This document shows, in pieces, positions 20,461 through 30,160 of a stretch of DNA of 64,000 nt (positions within the stretch are counted from its first letter, which is position 1; each line of letters starts with the position of its first letter). The stretch lies in contig CBDCYI010000005.1 in assembly GCA_965224085.1 (NCBI GenBank), positions 1 to 64,000 of the forward strand, written 5' to 3'. The position numbers and the translations under genes are program-made. This stretch comes from Candidatus Marinacidobacterales bacterium. Its GTDB lineage: Bacteria; Acidobacteriota; Vicinamibacteria; Marinacidobacterales; SMYC01. A model generated the notes under the pieces. That model saw nothing but the letters and a program-made list of their open reading frames with translations, was not told the DNA's origin and ran no database searches.

Positions 20461-20518
20461 GTGCGTTTTGGGGCTCAAAAATCATTTTGGACTTTTAAGG
20501 GGATGAAATGGCCAAACT

Positions 20519-21250
20519 GTGACCGGAAGACTCGAAGGAAAAGCGGCCCTAGTCACCGGAACAAGTAAAGGGATCGGAAAAGGCATCGCCGAGGCCTATC
20601 TCGATGAAGGTGCTTCGGTGTTTCTATGCGCACGCGGCGAGGAGCGACTCGCGAAAACGGCGGAAGAGCTCGCCTCACACGGTGAGGTCGGCTATCTCGC
20701 CGCAGACGTGGCCGACCCGGACGACGCGGAACGTCTCATCGTGCGTGCCATCGAAAAATTCGATCACCTTTCGATCCTCGTCAACAATGCGAGCATTCTC
20801 GGCAAGCGCGCCAAAATCACCGAACTCGACGTCGCTACCTGGGACGAAGTGCTCAAGGTGAATACCTCGAGCTTGTTCTATGTCACGAAGCCTCTCTTGC
20901 CTCACCTGAAAGCCCGCGGAGAAGGCTCCATCGTTAATGTTAGCAGCACCGTCGGACGCCGCGGGAAGGCCAACTGGAACGCGTATGCGGTATCGAAGTT
21001 CGGCCTCGAAGGCTTCACTCAAGTGCTCGCGGCCGAGCTCGAAGCGGAGGGCATCCGCGTCAACAGCGTGAATCCCGGTGCTACCCGCACCGAAATGCGA
21101 GCCGGTGCTTATCCGGACGAAGATCCCAACTCTTTGCCCAAACCTAGAGACATCGCGGAAGTCTTCATCTTCCTCGCGTCGAACGCATCCGAGACGACGA
21201 CCGGCCAGGCTTTCGAGGCCCGCGACTATTTGAACGCCACTTGGAGCTGA
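20519..21250 (+). CDS. SDR family oxidoreductase (YciK-like)
   Basis: TGTSKGIG, NNA, YAVSK, NPGATRTEMRAGAYPDED. Confidence 0.92.
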   Translation: MTGRLEGKAALVTGTSKGIGKGIAEAYLDEGASVFLCARGEERLAKTAEELASHGEVGYLAADVADPDDAERLIVRAIEKFDHLSILVNNASILGKRAKITELDVATWDEVLKVNTSSLFYVTKPLLPHLKARGEGSIVNVSSTVGRRGKANWNAYAVSKFGLEGFTQVLAAELEAEGIRVNSVNPGATRTEMRAGAYPDEDPNSLPKPRDIAEVFIFLASNASETTTGQAFEARDYLNATWS

Positions 21251-21259
21251 GGCTCTCGC

Positions 21260-21586
21260 ATGGACATCCGAACGATATTCGACGCTTGTCGTTTTTCGCC
21301 CGAAAAGATGCAGAAGGTCAATCTTTTCGCGACCAACGAGTTATTTCTCGACCTCTATTGTCTCGAGCCCGGACAAAAGCAGAAAATCCATATCCACGAC
21401 GCCTCGTCCAAGACCTATGTCGTTCTCGAAGGTCAGGCGCGCTTTCATATCGGGGACGAGACCAAGGATGTCCGGCCGGGCCAGGCCGTGGTCGCCCGCG
21501 CGGGTGAGCCCCACGGCGTCGAGAACGAGACCACCGGTCGCGTCGTGCTTCTCGTAGGGATGGCCCCACCGCCGACGGATACTTAG
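21260..21586 (+). CDS. Cupin domain protein
   Basis: PGQKQKIHIH...VLEG...GEPHGVEN. Confidence 0.88.
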   Translation: MDIRTIFDACRFSPEKMQKVNLFATNELFLDLYCLEPGQKQKIHIHDASSKTYVVLEGQARFHIGDETKDVRPGQAVVARAGEPHGVENETTGRVVLLVGMAPPPTDT

Positions 21587-21597
21587 AGGCCTTTTCG

Positions 21598-21914
21598 ATG
21601 AAGCTTTACTGGCATTGGAGCCGCGGGAAGGCGCTCGCCGTTCTGATCCCCATCCAACTCCTCATAGCACTCCCTTCGATGGCGAGCTCGGACTTTCTGC
21701 AATGGAACGATCGGATCTGGGGCTCGACCATGCAGCCCATCGGAAGCGCTCTAGCACTCGTGGCGCTCGGGTGGTCGTTGCAGGCGGTAAGGCGCTCGCC
21801 GAGATCAATCGCGGGAGCTCGATGGCCATCGGTCCTTTCTGGGTTTTCTGGATCCGGTGGGTCATCCCCGCCGCCATCATCGTCATCCTCGTCTCCGGAT
21901 GGTGGCCGCAATAG
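21598..21914 (+). pseudogene. C-terminal remnant of a sodium-dependent (NSS-like) transporter, frameshifted
   Basis: Last TM helices only (MQPIGSALALVALGW / KALAEINRG...WIRWVIPAAII), split across two frames. Confidence 0.55.
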
Positions 21915-21923
21915 AATAGCGGA

Positions 21924-22301
21924 ATGAGACTTCGCGACCGAAAGGCTTTCATCACCGGCGCGAGCCGTGGCATCGGCCGCGCGGTAGCACTCGCCTATGC
22001 AAAGGAAGGCGCCGTTGTCGCGGTCGGCGCCCGCTCGATGGAGCCCTTGGAAAGACTCGCGGCCGAGATCGACGGGGCGGGCGGACGCGCAGTTCCGATT
22101 GCGATCGATGTCGGGAGCTCGGAGTCCATCGAGAAGGCGCACGCAGACGTGACGACGAAGCTCGGAGAAATTCAGATCCTCGTCAACAATGCCGGTATCG
22201 CCAAGAGCGTCAAAGTGCTCAACATGGACGACGAACACTGGCAGTCTTGTGGGTTAAACGGCCAGGCGATCAATATCGACGGCGGAGCTGTCGTCTACTG
22301 A
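21924..22301 (+). pseudogene. SDR oxidoreductase with large in-frame internal deletion
   Basis: TGASRGIG and NNAGI run directly into C-terminal NGQAINIDGG. No YxxxK. Confidence 0.8.
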
Positions 22302-22442
22302 TTGGCGATTATTCCTCGTAAACCGCCGGATACACCTTGATGATAAATAACTAGGGAGCTCGTGGTCGAACGGTCAGTGCCGGCGGTGACTGTTTGGCGG
22401 TGAGCCGACGTTATCGCCCGAGACTGGGACGCCTTTTGAATC

Positions 22443-23405
22443 CTAGTTTCGGGTGATGATGTTCGTTTGCTCCAGCAGCGAGCTCCCTTCCTCGAGCTCG
22501 AACACTCTCTTACGAATCAGCGCGTGCACCTGCGTCATGACGCGCAAGTCGGTCATCGCACAGCCTTCGATGACTCCGCCGAGCGTCCGGTCGCGGATGA
22601 CGGCCTGGAAGACCTCGAGCTCAGATGGAGTGAAGTCGCAGATGCGCATCTTACAGCCTTCACGGAGTCTGAGCGCAGCTTCCGGCGGCGGTAGCTTGGT
22701 GATGAGCTCGTCGAACTCTTTCGCTTGCTGCTCGCCTTCCTCGACGAGGGTTTCAACAGGAACGGTCATCGCACGAGGGATCGAGTCGTTAGCGGGAAAC
22801 GGCTCCGACTTGTACTCACCCCGGCGCCATTCGAAGACGCGGTACAGCGCTTTTTCGGCGCGCGCCGTTCCCGCCTCGGCGTAAACGATGCGTCCATCGT
22901 GTGCGTAAACGATGATGTAATCGCTCTTGTTCCGAGCGAGCGTGAGGCGTACGGACTTTTTCAGCGCGCACAAATTCAAAAGAAGCTCTCCTACGGTCGA
23001 CCCGGGACCGGCGCGCCGGAAGCTTCCGTGCGTCGGAACACTCGGGGTGCTCGGCTCCGACTTCTTAGCGTCCTCGTTCGTGAGCTTGACGGTGATCTCG
23101 CTATTTCCGATTCGGATGCGATCGCCGTGCTGGAGTTTCCGCCGTTTGACCCGCTCCTCGTTGACGTAGGACCCGTTGGTGCTCCCGAGGTCGTGGAGGA
23201 CGAGTGCATTGCCCTCGCAGAGAATCTCGGCGTGATAGTTCGACACGTTCCGCGAATCGAAGGACAAGTCGTTCGAGTCGTGCCGACCCATCGCGACCCG
23301 GAAGGTTTCGAGAAGATTGAAGCCGAATACTTGCTTTTCCGTAGCCAAGCTCAACATATTCTCGGCCGCGGTTACGCGCACGCTGCGCTGAAGTTCCACA
23401 CTCAT
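22443..23405 (-). CDS. FHA + DUF4388 (PatA-N-like) domain protein
   Basis: GRHDSND, VSNYHA, DLGSTNGS, then DGRIVYAE...EKALYRVFEWRRGEY. Confidence 0.85.
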   Translation of the reverse strand: MSVELQRSVRVTAAENMLSLATEKQVFGFNLLETFRVAMGRHDSNDLSFDSRNVSNYHAEILCEGNALVLHDLGSTNGSYVNEERVKRRKLQHGDRIRIGNSEITVKLTNEDAKKSEPSTPSVPTHGSFRRAGPGSTVGELLLNLCALKKSVRLTLARNKSDYIIVYAHDGRIVYAEAGTARAEKALYRVFEWRRGEYKSEPFPANDSIPRAMTVPVETLVEEGEQQAKEFDELITKLPPPEAALRLREGCKMRICDFTPSELEVFQAVIRDRTLGGVIEGCAMTDLRVMTQVHALIRKRVFELEEGSSLLEQTNIITRN

Positions 23406-23448
23406 GTCTGCCCTCTTTCGAAAGCTCCGAAAGCACCGTTGTTCGCAA

Positions 23449-23464
23449 TGCAAGCAAAGTGCCA
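23449..23464 (-). promoter_or_regulatory. Sigma-54 (-24/-12) promoter
   Basis: Minus strand TGGCAC-TTTGC-TTGCA, 44 nt upstream of ATG 23405. Confidence 0.75.
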
Positions 23465-23634
23465 GGGTGGCTCAACATACAAGATATTTGGAGTGAGTCA
23501 CTTGGAGCTCTCGAGCCGTGCTCTCCTTTTTCAAAGCTCTGGGTAATCCCCTACACCGTTCAACCAAACCCCACACCAAGACGGCGCGAAGCCGTGATAG
23601 CATCCTCTGCCCGACAGAAGCCGGAACCAGCGTC

Positions 23635-24732
23635 ATGACCGAGACTTTGTACGTCCGCCACGGACGCCTACACTATTTCGTTCGAGAGGCTCTCAAGAGG
23701 TTGCGGCTCCCCGCAACGCATGCATCGAAAGTGGGCGATGCTCTCGTCGCGGCCGACCTCGCGGGCGTCGAAGGCGAGGGCGTGGCCCGCCTCCCCGTGT
23801 TCGCTTCGCGCATCAGCGCCGGGCTCATCAATCCGAACCCCGATGTGCAAGTGAGTCACCAAGAAGAAGCCACCGCTACCATCGATGGTGACAACGGGAT
23901 GGGCCACATCGTGGCGACTCGCTCGATGGATCTCGCTATGTCGCTCGCCAAAAGTTTCGGCGTCGCGGCCGTCGCAGCAAAGAACAGCAACGATTTCGGG
24001 ATGGCCGGCTACTACGCACGTATGGCCGTCGAAGAGCAAATGCTCGCCATCGTCGTCTCGAACGACGCACCCGTTATGCTGCCGACCTACGGCAAAGTAC
24101 CGATGCTCGGGTCGAACCCGTTGGCGATCGCCATCCCTGCCGCCGAAGACGCGACGCCGTTCGTCCTGGACATGGCGACGAGCGCTACGTCACGGCACCG
24201 ACTCGAGGACGCGGTTCGAAGCAGCGAAACGATCCCGCCAGGGCTCGCGCTCGACAAGTCGGGTAAGCGCACCGAAGATCCAAAAGCTGCTCTCGAAGCG
24301 ATGGCCCTCTTGCCTCTGGGAGCGAGCGTGGAGGCAGGCTCGCACAAAGGATACGGGCTCGCGCTCGCGATCGACATTCTTTCAGGCGTCCTCTCGGGCG
24401 GAGCTTTCGGCCGCCACCTCGCGGGGGAGACGAGCGGCCATGGAGCGGTGTCGGGAATCGGGCACTTCTTCATCGTCGTCAGGCTTCGGGCGTTCGGCCC
24501 ATGGGTGCGCTTTCGCAACGGCATCACAGACATGATGCGCGAGTTGACCGGCACGAAAGCGGAAGGAGCTCCTCGGGTCTACTACCCTGGAGAGGCCGAG
24601 TTCGCCATCGATCAGGAGCGGCGCACGAGCGGCATCCCCGTCCACCCCGACGTCGCCGTCGAGGTCGAGGGCCTCGCGCGCCGTCTCGACATCTATGACG
24701 CCTGGGAGCACGTGGTGGAGGGGAGCAAGTGA
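23635..24732 (+). CDS. Ldh_2 (malate/L-lactate/ureidoglycolate dehydrogenase-like) family protein
   Basis: IDGDNGMG, LGSNPLAIA, LDMATS, SHKGYGL, YYPGE. Confidence 0.88.
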   Translation: MTETLYVRHGRLHYFVREALKRLRLPATHASKVGDALVAADLAGVEGEGVARLPVFASRISAGLINPNPDVQVSHQEEATATIDGDNGMGHIVATRSMDLAMSLAKSFGVAAVAAKNSNDFGMAGYYARMAVEEQMLAIVVSNDAPVMLPTYGKVPMLGSNPLAIAIPAAEDATPFVLDMATSATSRHRLEDAVRSSETIPPGLALDKSGKRTEDPKAALEAMALLPLGASVEAGSHKGYGLALAIDILSGVLSGGAFGRHLAGETSGHGAVSGIGHFFIVVRLRAFGPWVRFRNGITDMMRELTGTKAEGAPRVYYPGEAEFAIDQERRTSGIPVHPDVAVEVEGLARRLDIYDAWEHVVEGSK

Positions 24733-24843
24733 CATCGTTGTCAGCGTTCAGCATCCAGCGTTCAGCGCTCTCCAGGTTGAGGAGGCGCCCGAACTGAAGG
24801 AATAGGTAACGGTGTTACATACGGACAACTGACTGATCACCGA

Positions 24844-26865
24844 TCACCGGTGCACGAAGTTGGCTTTTTTGCGGGGGCCGTTTTTTTGGAAGTTGTCGAC
24901 GCCAATGCGCATGTCTTCCAGGGTGCAGATTTCGCCGAAGCATTTAGCTTCGAAACGGAGTCCCTCATCGAGGGACATCTGGGTGCCTTTGCGGATCGCT
25001 TTTTGGAGCACCGCGTCGACGGCTCGGGACAAGTGGCCGAGATCGATATCGGGGAGCTCGTCGGGTACGTCGATGGGGTCTTTCTCTATCGGCTCGAGCT
25101 TTGTTCTGCCGTCGGCGACGTCGCGTGCGAGCGCCGCAGCGGCCGCGACGAGGTCGCCCTCGACCTCTTCGCGAATCAAGCCGAGCTTCAGGGAATCGGC
25201 ACTCGAGATGGGGCGGCCGGTGCGCAGTAGAGTCCAGGCGTTGTCGAGCCCTATCAGCCTCGGAAGCCTCTGAGTCGCGCCGGCGCCAGGAATGATGCCG
25301 AGATTCGGCTCGGGTTGCGCCGCGAGCGGGGCGAGTCCTTTACGAGCGAGGCGGGCGTGACAGGCCATGCCGAGCTCGTTCCCACCTCCGAAAGCGAGTC
25401 CGTTATAGGCGCAGACGACCGGCTTCTGGAAGTTCTCGATCGTCAAGAGAATGGATTGTGATCCGAGAGAGGTGCGCTCACCTTCTTCCGCCGAGGCGAT
25501 GCGCGCGAGCATGGACACATCCGCGCCCGAAACGAACGCTTTTCGTCCGAATCCAGTCAAGACGACGCCTCTTGTCGCTTCATCTCCCGCGACGTCTTCG
25601 AGGTGGCGTCCAATTTGGTCGAAGACATCCTGGTTCAGCGCATTCAAGACCGCGGGGCGACGGATGGTTAGGACGGCGATCCCGTCGTCGTCGCGACGCA
25701 AAACGTAGGGGATGTCCCATGGCTCGCCCGAGCCTTGCTGCGTGACGAGCGCATCACCGATGGGAAAGTTTGGATGCACATCGCGATAGGTACGCACTTT
25801 GTCGAGCGCTCGGTCGAGCCCGAGCTCGTTCATGAAAGCGAATGGCGGCCGCACGACGAGACTGATTTGGGTGCCCATCTCGAGGTCGGCGACATTCGTG
25901 ATGCCGCTAGAGACCACTTCGTTGACGAGTCCAAAGTACGCCCCGATCATCCGCTCCTCGATCACCTGGGCACGCTCGGGAGAAACGTCTACTTTCTCAC
26001 CGCGCGCCGCGACCTCCCACGGTTCTCCGGAAGCCAGCGCCTCTTTCATTAGCGCGGGCGTCTGAAACCATTTATCGACGCGTTCATGTGCCACGTCTAG
26101 GCCGTGAGCGGTGATGCGGTTTCCGCCCGTTAAGTTCATCGCGGTGAAAGGACCGATGCCGAGCCCGAGACACTTCCGCGCGACCCAGTCGACTTCCTTC
26201 GTGGAGCCGAGCCCTTCCTCCACGGCAAGCGCCGCGGCTTGAAAGAGACCTTCGAAAATAGGATCGATCGCATAGCCGTAGCGGCTCGCGACGCGGATGG
26301 GGACTTTGCCGATGGCTTCATAAAACGCGAGCAGCCATTCGACGATCGCGCCATCGGTCTTGTCCGCGGGTACGACTTCGACAAGAGGGTTGCGCTCCGC
26401 GGGGAAAAAGTAATGGGTGACCAGGGCGCGCTCGGCGGCGCGCGAGTTTTCAAAGATCCGCTCCGGCTCCAGGTGCGACGAGTTCGACGCGAGGACGCCG
26501 TCGGGCGCCGCCAAATTCTCGACCTGAGAAAAGATTCGCTGTTTGAGATCCAAGTCTTCGGTCGCGGCCTCGATGACGAAGTCCGCATCGCGTAGCGCCT
26601 CGTAATCTTCGGTGAAGACGACGTTCGACTTCATCGCAGCACCTTGCTCGGGCGAGAACGCTTTCGTCTCAACACCCTTGTCGACTTTCTTGTCGAGCTT
26701 GGCCCTGCCCGCCTCGAGAGCCTTGGGCACGATGTCGACCACCACGACCGCGACGCCGTCCGGCTGGAGCACTTTCGACATGTGGAGCGCAATATCGGGT
26801 CCGATCTGACCCGAGCCGACGATACCCACTTTCTCGAGGGAACGAGAACCTAATACGAAAGCCAA
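24844..26865 (-). CDS. 3-hydroxyacyl-CoA dehydrogenase / enoyl-CoA hydratase fusion
   Basis: GSGQIG, IEAATED, ASNSS. C-terminal crotonase LNALN, SGAD, GGGNEL, PEPNLGIIPGAGATQRLPR. Confidence 0.92.
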   Translation of the reverse strand: MAFVLGSRSLEKVGIVGSGQIGPDIALHMSKVLQPDGVAVVVVDIVPKALEAGRAKLDKKVDKGVETKAFSPEQGAAMKSNVVFTEDYEALRDADFVIEAATEDLDLKQRIFSQVENLAAPDGVLASNSSHLEPERIFENSRAAERALVTHYFFPAERNPLVEVVPADKTDGAIVEWLLAFYEAIGKVPIRVASRYGYAIDPIFEGLFQAAALAVEEGLGSTKEVDWVARKCLGLGIGPFTAMNLTGGNRITAHGLDVAHERVDKWFQTPALMKEALASGEPWEVAARGEKVDVSPERAQVIEERMIGAYFGLVNEVVSSGITNVADLEMGTQISLVVRPPFAFMNELGLDRALDKVRTYRDVHPNFPIGDALVTQQGSGEPWDIPYVLRRDDDGIAVLTIRRPAVLNALNQDVFDQIGRHLEDVAGDEATRGVVLTGFGRKAFVSGADVSMLARIASAEEGERTSLGSQSILLTIENFQKPVVCAYNGLAFGGGNELGMACHARLARKGLAPLAAQPEPNLGIIPGAGATQRLPRLIGLDNAWTLLRTGRPISSADSLKLGLIREEVEGDLVAAAAALARDVADGRTKLEPIEKDPIDVPDELPDIDLGHLSRAVDAVLQKAIRKGTQMSLDEGLRFEAKCFGEICTLEDMRIGVDNFQKNGPRKKANFVHR

Positions 26866-26881
26866 GGTCTACCTCCGATCG

Positions 26882-28030
26882 TTAACGTAAAAGAAGCTCG
26901 GCTTGCTCGTCGAGGGCTTTTATCAAGGCATCGACGTCTTCTTGCACGTTGTAATAATGAAAGCTGACGCGGATGCCCGAGTCCCGGGCCGACACGACGA
27001 TATCGCGAGCGGCGAGCGCCCCGACCACGGCTTCCGCCCTTTCAGCGTCCGCGGACTCGATCACCACGAGCGGCCCGCGCGCCGAAGGCTCGTCGGGTGT
27101 CAGCAACGACCATCCTCGCTCGCGCGCTTCGGACGTTAGTTGGGACGCGAGCTTCTCGACATGGGTGGAGACCGCAACGGGGCCGACCTCGGCGGCAAGC
27201 CGAATACCGGCGAGACCCGCATAGAGATTGGGCACTGGGGGGGTGCCCGTCTCGAATCGGCGCGCCGAAGCATGATAGGTGGCGCGCTCGATGTCGAAGT
27301 CGAACGGCCTCTCCTGACCGAACCATCCCGTCATGAGGGGCTCGAGCTTTTCGATGAGCTCCCCTCGGACATAGAGAAAGCCGAGCCCGGATGAGCCGAG
27401 CATGTATTTGAGAAGGCCGGTCACGAGAAAGTCGCAGCCGAGCTCGCTCACGTCGAGCGGGAACGTAGCCGAGGATTGGTAGTCGTCTACCAGTGTATAA
27501 GCGCCGACGCCCCGCGCTGTCTCGATGACCCGCGGCAAGTCTTGGCGATAGCCGTTTCGGTAGCAGACGTGCGCGACGCAAACGAGACGCGTCCGCTCGT
27601 CGAGAGCGCGCGCGTAGGTTTCGGCCGGGAGACGATGGTTGCTGGCACGCACGTGAACGATCTCGGCGCCCCGCCGCCCCTGGACGATAACGTTGTGGGC
27701 GATCGTGGGAAACTCGAAGTCGCCGATCGCGATACGGTTGCGCGCGCCGTCGAACGAGAGCGCGCTCAAGAGACTCGCGGTCGCGGTCGAGGCGCTGTAG
27801 CTAACGGCGATCTCGTCCGCATCCGCCCCGATGAAAGCCGCAAAAGCCGCCCGGACCTCCTCTAGTTTGCCGACCCAGTCCCCCCACGCCGAGCCTTCGT
27901 GCCTCCACGAATCGAGATAGTCGCGGTAGGCGTTCTCGACGTCGTGCGAGAGCGCACCTTTCGAGCAGCTGTTCAAGAAAACCTTGCGCTCGAAGATTGG
28001 GAAACGCTGGCGGAAGGCGTCTGGCGTCAT
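26882..28030 (-). CDS. Class V PLP-dependent aminotransferase (kynureninase/desulfurase-like)
   Basis: FLNSCS, DDYQS, TGLLKYMLG, RFETGTP, RVSFHYYN. Confidence 0.88.
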   Translation of the reverse strand: MTPDAFRQRFPIFERKVFLNSCSKGALSHDVENAYRDYLDSWRHEGSAWGDWVGKLEEVRAAFAAFIGADADEIAVSYSASTATASLLSALSFDGARNRIAIGDFEFPTIAHNVIVQGRRGAEIVHVRASNHRLPAETYARALDERTRLVCVAHVCYRNGYRQDLPRVIETARGVGAYTLVDDYQSSATFPLDVSELGCDFLVTGLLKYMLGSSGLGFLYVRGELIEKLEPLMTGWFGQERPFDFDIERATYHASARRFETGTPPVPNLYAGLAGIRLAAEVGPVAVSTHVEKLASQLTSEARERGWSLLTPDEPSARGPLVVIESADAERAEAVVGALAARDIVVSARDSGIRVSFHYYNVQEDVDALIKALDEQAELLLR

Positions 28031-28470
28031 TTCTTGCGGGTGCTCGGCTCACGCTCTCGCAGGATGAGGGTCTTCAGACGTGTCGCGAACTCTAGGGGGA
28101 CGGGCGTCGCGCGAAAAGTGCCGCGCGCCACGGTCGCGATCGTCACTTGGCCGTCCGCGAGATGCGTTCTCTCCGGCAACCGGACGGCATCGTAGCCCAA
28201 AGTGTAGCTCGTCCGTCCGAGACGCTCGAGGTGGAGCTCGATGGACAAAACGTCGGCGAGATGCGCGGGTGCGTGATAATTGCAGTGCGCCGCCACACGA
28301 GGCATCCAAATCCCGAGCCTTTCAAGCATGTCCTCATAGGACCGTCCCTGGCTACGATGCCACTCCATCTCCGCCATCTCAAAATAGCTGAAATAGCGTG
28401 GAAAATAGACGATTTTGGCGAGGTCGACATCCGCCCAGGGCACGCGGTGTTGGATTGTGAATGGGGCCAT
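28027..28470 (-). CDS. Acyl-CoA thioesterase (4HBT/YbgC family)
   Basis: RVPWADVDLAKIVYFPRYFSYFE. Confidence 0.88.
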   Translation of the reverse strand: MAPFTIQHRVPWADVDLAKIVYFPRYFSYFEMAEMEWHRSQGRSYEDMLERLGIWMPRVAAHCNYHAPAHLADVLSIELHLERLGRTSYTLGYDAVRLPERTHLADGQVTIATVARGTFRATPVPLEFATRLKTLILREREPSTRKK

Positions 28471-28525
28471 AGCAAAAGTGCGCCCCGGCTCCCTGCAGGG
28501 CGCACGCATTCTATCAGTGACAGAG

Positions 28526-30031
28526 CTAACTCTTTAGACCCTCGCGCCACTCCTCGATTTGTTTCGCCGCCACGTCGCGGCCGCCGAGGCCGAAGGCGAT
28601 GGCCGCCGCAACCGCGATCGAGCCGAGCAGGAGCCCGAAAGCGAGCTCGATGATCTTGTTGGCGATGCCCATCTGACTCAAAGCAATGGCAGTCGAGAGC
28701 ACGAGAATACCGACCCGTGCCGCCGTCGCGAGGAGCCCGGCCTGCGGGTTCCCGCTCGCACGGATCGTGCTCGCTGCGAAATTCGCAAGAAACAGACCTA
28801 CGCCGAAGACGACGAGACCAAGAGCGAGCTGGCCCGTGAACTCGAGCAGGCTCGCGAGGAGCACCGCCAAGTTCGCGAAACCGAGAAGGCCGGCGGCCTC
28901 GATCGATGCGAAGAGCATGATGATCGTGAGAAGCACCGTGCCCGCAAGATCCGAGGGCCGTTTGCCCGAGCTCGTCGTCGAGCTCATCGCGAGACCGAGC
29001 TTGTCGAGGACCGAATCGAAGCCCGCTCCGGCAAGAACGCCCACAAGGAGCTGCGCGACGAGCCGGCCGACATAAAACGCGAGCGCGAGCAGCACGCTGG
29101 CGGCGAAGAGCCTCGGGATAGCCTCGAGCACTTGTCCGAGCATCTCGCTCGCGGGGCGCGTCACGGCTTCGAGCGCGAGCGCGCTCAGAGAGGAGAGGAT
29201 CACGTTGAACAAAATGAAAACGTAGACGACGAGGCCCGCGAGCCCGGACAGTTTGCGCGTCCCGAGTGCGGTACCGAGGCCAATCTTTTCTCCCAGTCGA
29301 TCCACCCCGACGGCGCCGAGCAAGGTCGTGACGATCCGCTGCACGATGCGGGCGAGGAGCCAACCGGCCGCCAGGATGAGCCCCGCTGCAAGAATGTTTG
29401 GGGCGAAAGTCAGCAGGCGACCCATCATCGCTTGGACCGGCGTGAGCAGGCCTTCGAGCTGAAGCGTTCCGAGAACGATGGGGAGGAATAGCAGAAAGAC
29501 GAGCCAATAGATCGCATCTCCGAGCGTTCTCCCCACGCCGGGTGTGGCATCTTTGTCGAGACCTGCCTCCCCGACGACCTTCTCGTCGAGGCGCCAGCTA
29601 TCCGCGGCGATCGAGACGGTCTTTCGCGCCGCGGTCGCGACGAGCCAAGCAAGGGCGATGAGGAGAGCCGCTCCCAGAACTTGCGGCACATAGCCAGTGA
29701 CTTTGTTCAGGAGCGTGACCAAGGGCTCGCTCACGAATGTGAGCTGCAGCGTGTTGAAAAAGAGAACGAGCGCGAAGAGCAAGAGAATGTAGTAAACGAC
29801 CTTGCCGACCCAGGCCTCGACTTCGAAGCCTTCCCCCTTCTCGTCGCCGAGCGCCCACTTCGCAATACGGTTGTCGATCGTCGTCTTCTCGAGGCCCTTC
29901 TTGACGGCCCAAGCGCCGATCCTCGCAGCAAGCCACCCGGCGAACAGAACAAAGATCGCAATGAGAATACGCAGAACATCAGGTCCGAAGAGCGCCGTTA
30001 GTTCCGGCACCATATCGCCTAGCGAACACAT
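28526..30031 (-). CDS. TM-helix repeat protein (mechanosensitive channel/CmpX-like)
   Basis: Repeated P.x.L.A.LI...GWLxA units, C-terminal AIAFGLGGRDVA, GGAGGT RBS. Confidence 0.8.
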   Translation of the reverse strand: MCSLGDMVPELTALFGPDVLRILIAIFVLFAGWLAARIGAWAVKKGLEKTTIDNRIAKWALGDEKGEGFEVEAWVGKVVYYILLLFALVLFFNTLQLTFVSEPLVTLLNKVTGYVPQVLGAALLIALAWLVATAARKTVSIAADSWRLDEKVVGEAGLDKDATPGVGRTLGDAIYWLVFLLFLPIVLGTLQLEGLLTPVQAMMGRLLTFAPNILAAGLILAAGWLLARIVQRIVTTLLGAVGVDRLGEKIGLGTALGTRKLSGLAGLVVYVFILFNVILSSLSALALEAVTRPASEMLGQVLEAIPRLFAASVLLALAFYVGRLVAQLLVGVLAGAGFDSVLDKLGLAMSSTTSSGKRPSDLAGTVLLTIIMLFASIEAAGLLGFANLAVLLASLLEFTGQLALGLVVFGVGLFLANFAASTIRASGNPQAGLLATAARVGILVLSTAIALSQMGIANKIIELAFGLLLGSIAVAAAIAFGLGGRDVAAKQIEEWREGLKS

Positions 30032-30160
30032 AGTCACCTCCCTTTCGAAAAAGCTCGGAATTTCTGGAAATTTTGATTGGAGACACGAGTTATCGAAGCG
30101 GGAGTATAGCATTCGAATTGTCTACGCGAGCCAACGTGCAATACACTCCGGAGCGCAGCC

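Noticed and set aside
24740-24850. Short repeats CAGCGTTCAGC x2 and GATCACC x2 (similar at about 50639 and 61391)
   Set aside because: Only two or three short units in intergenic DNA, with no spacer structure.
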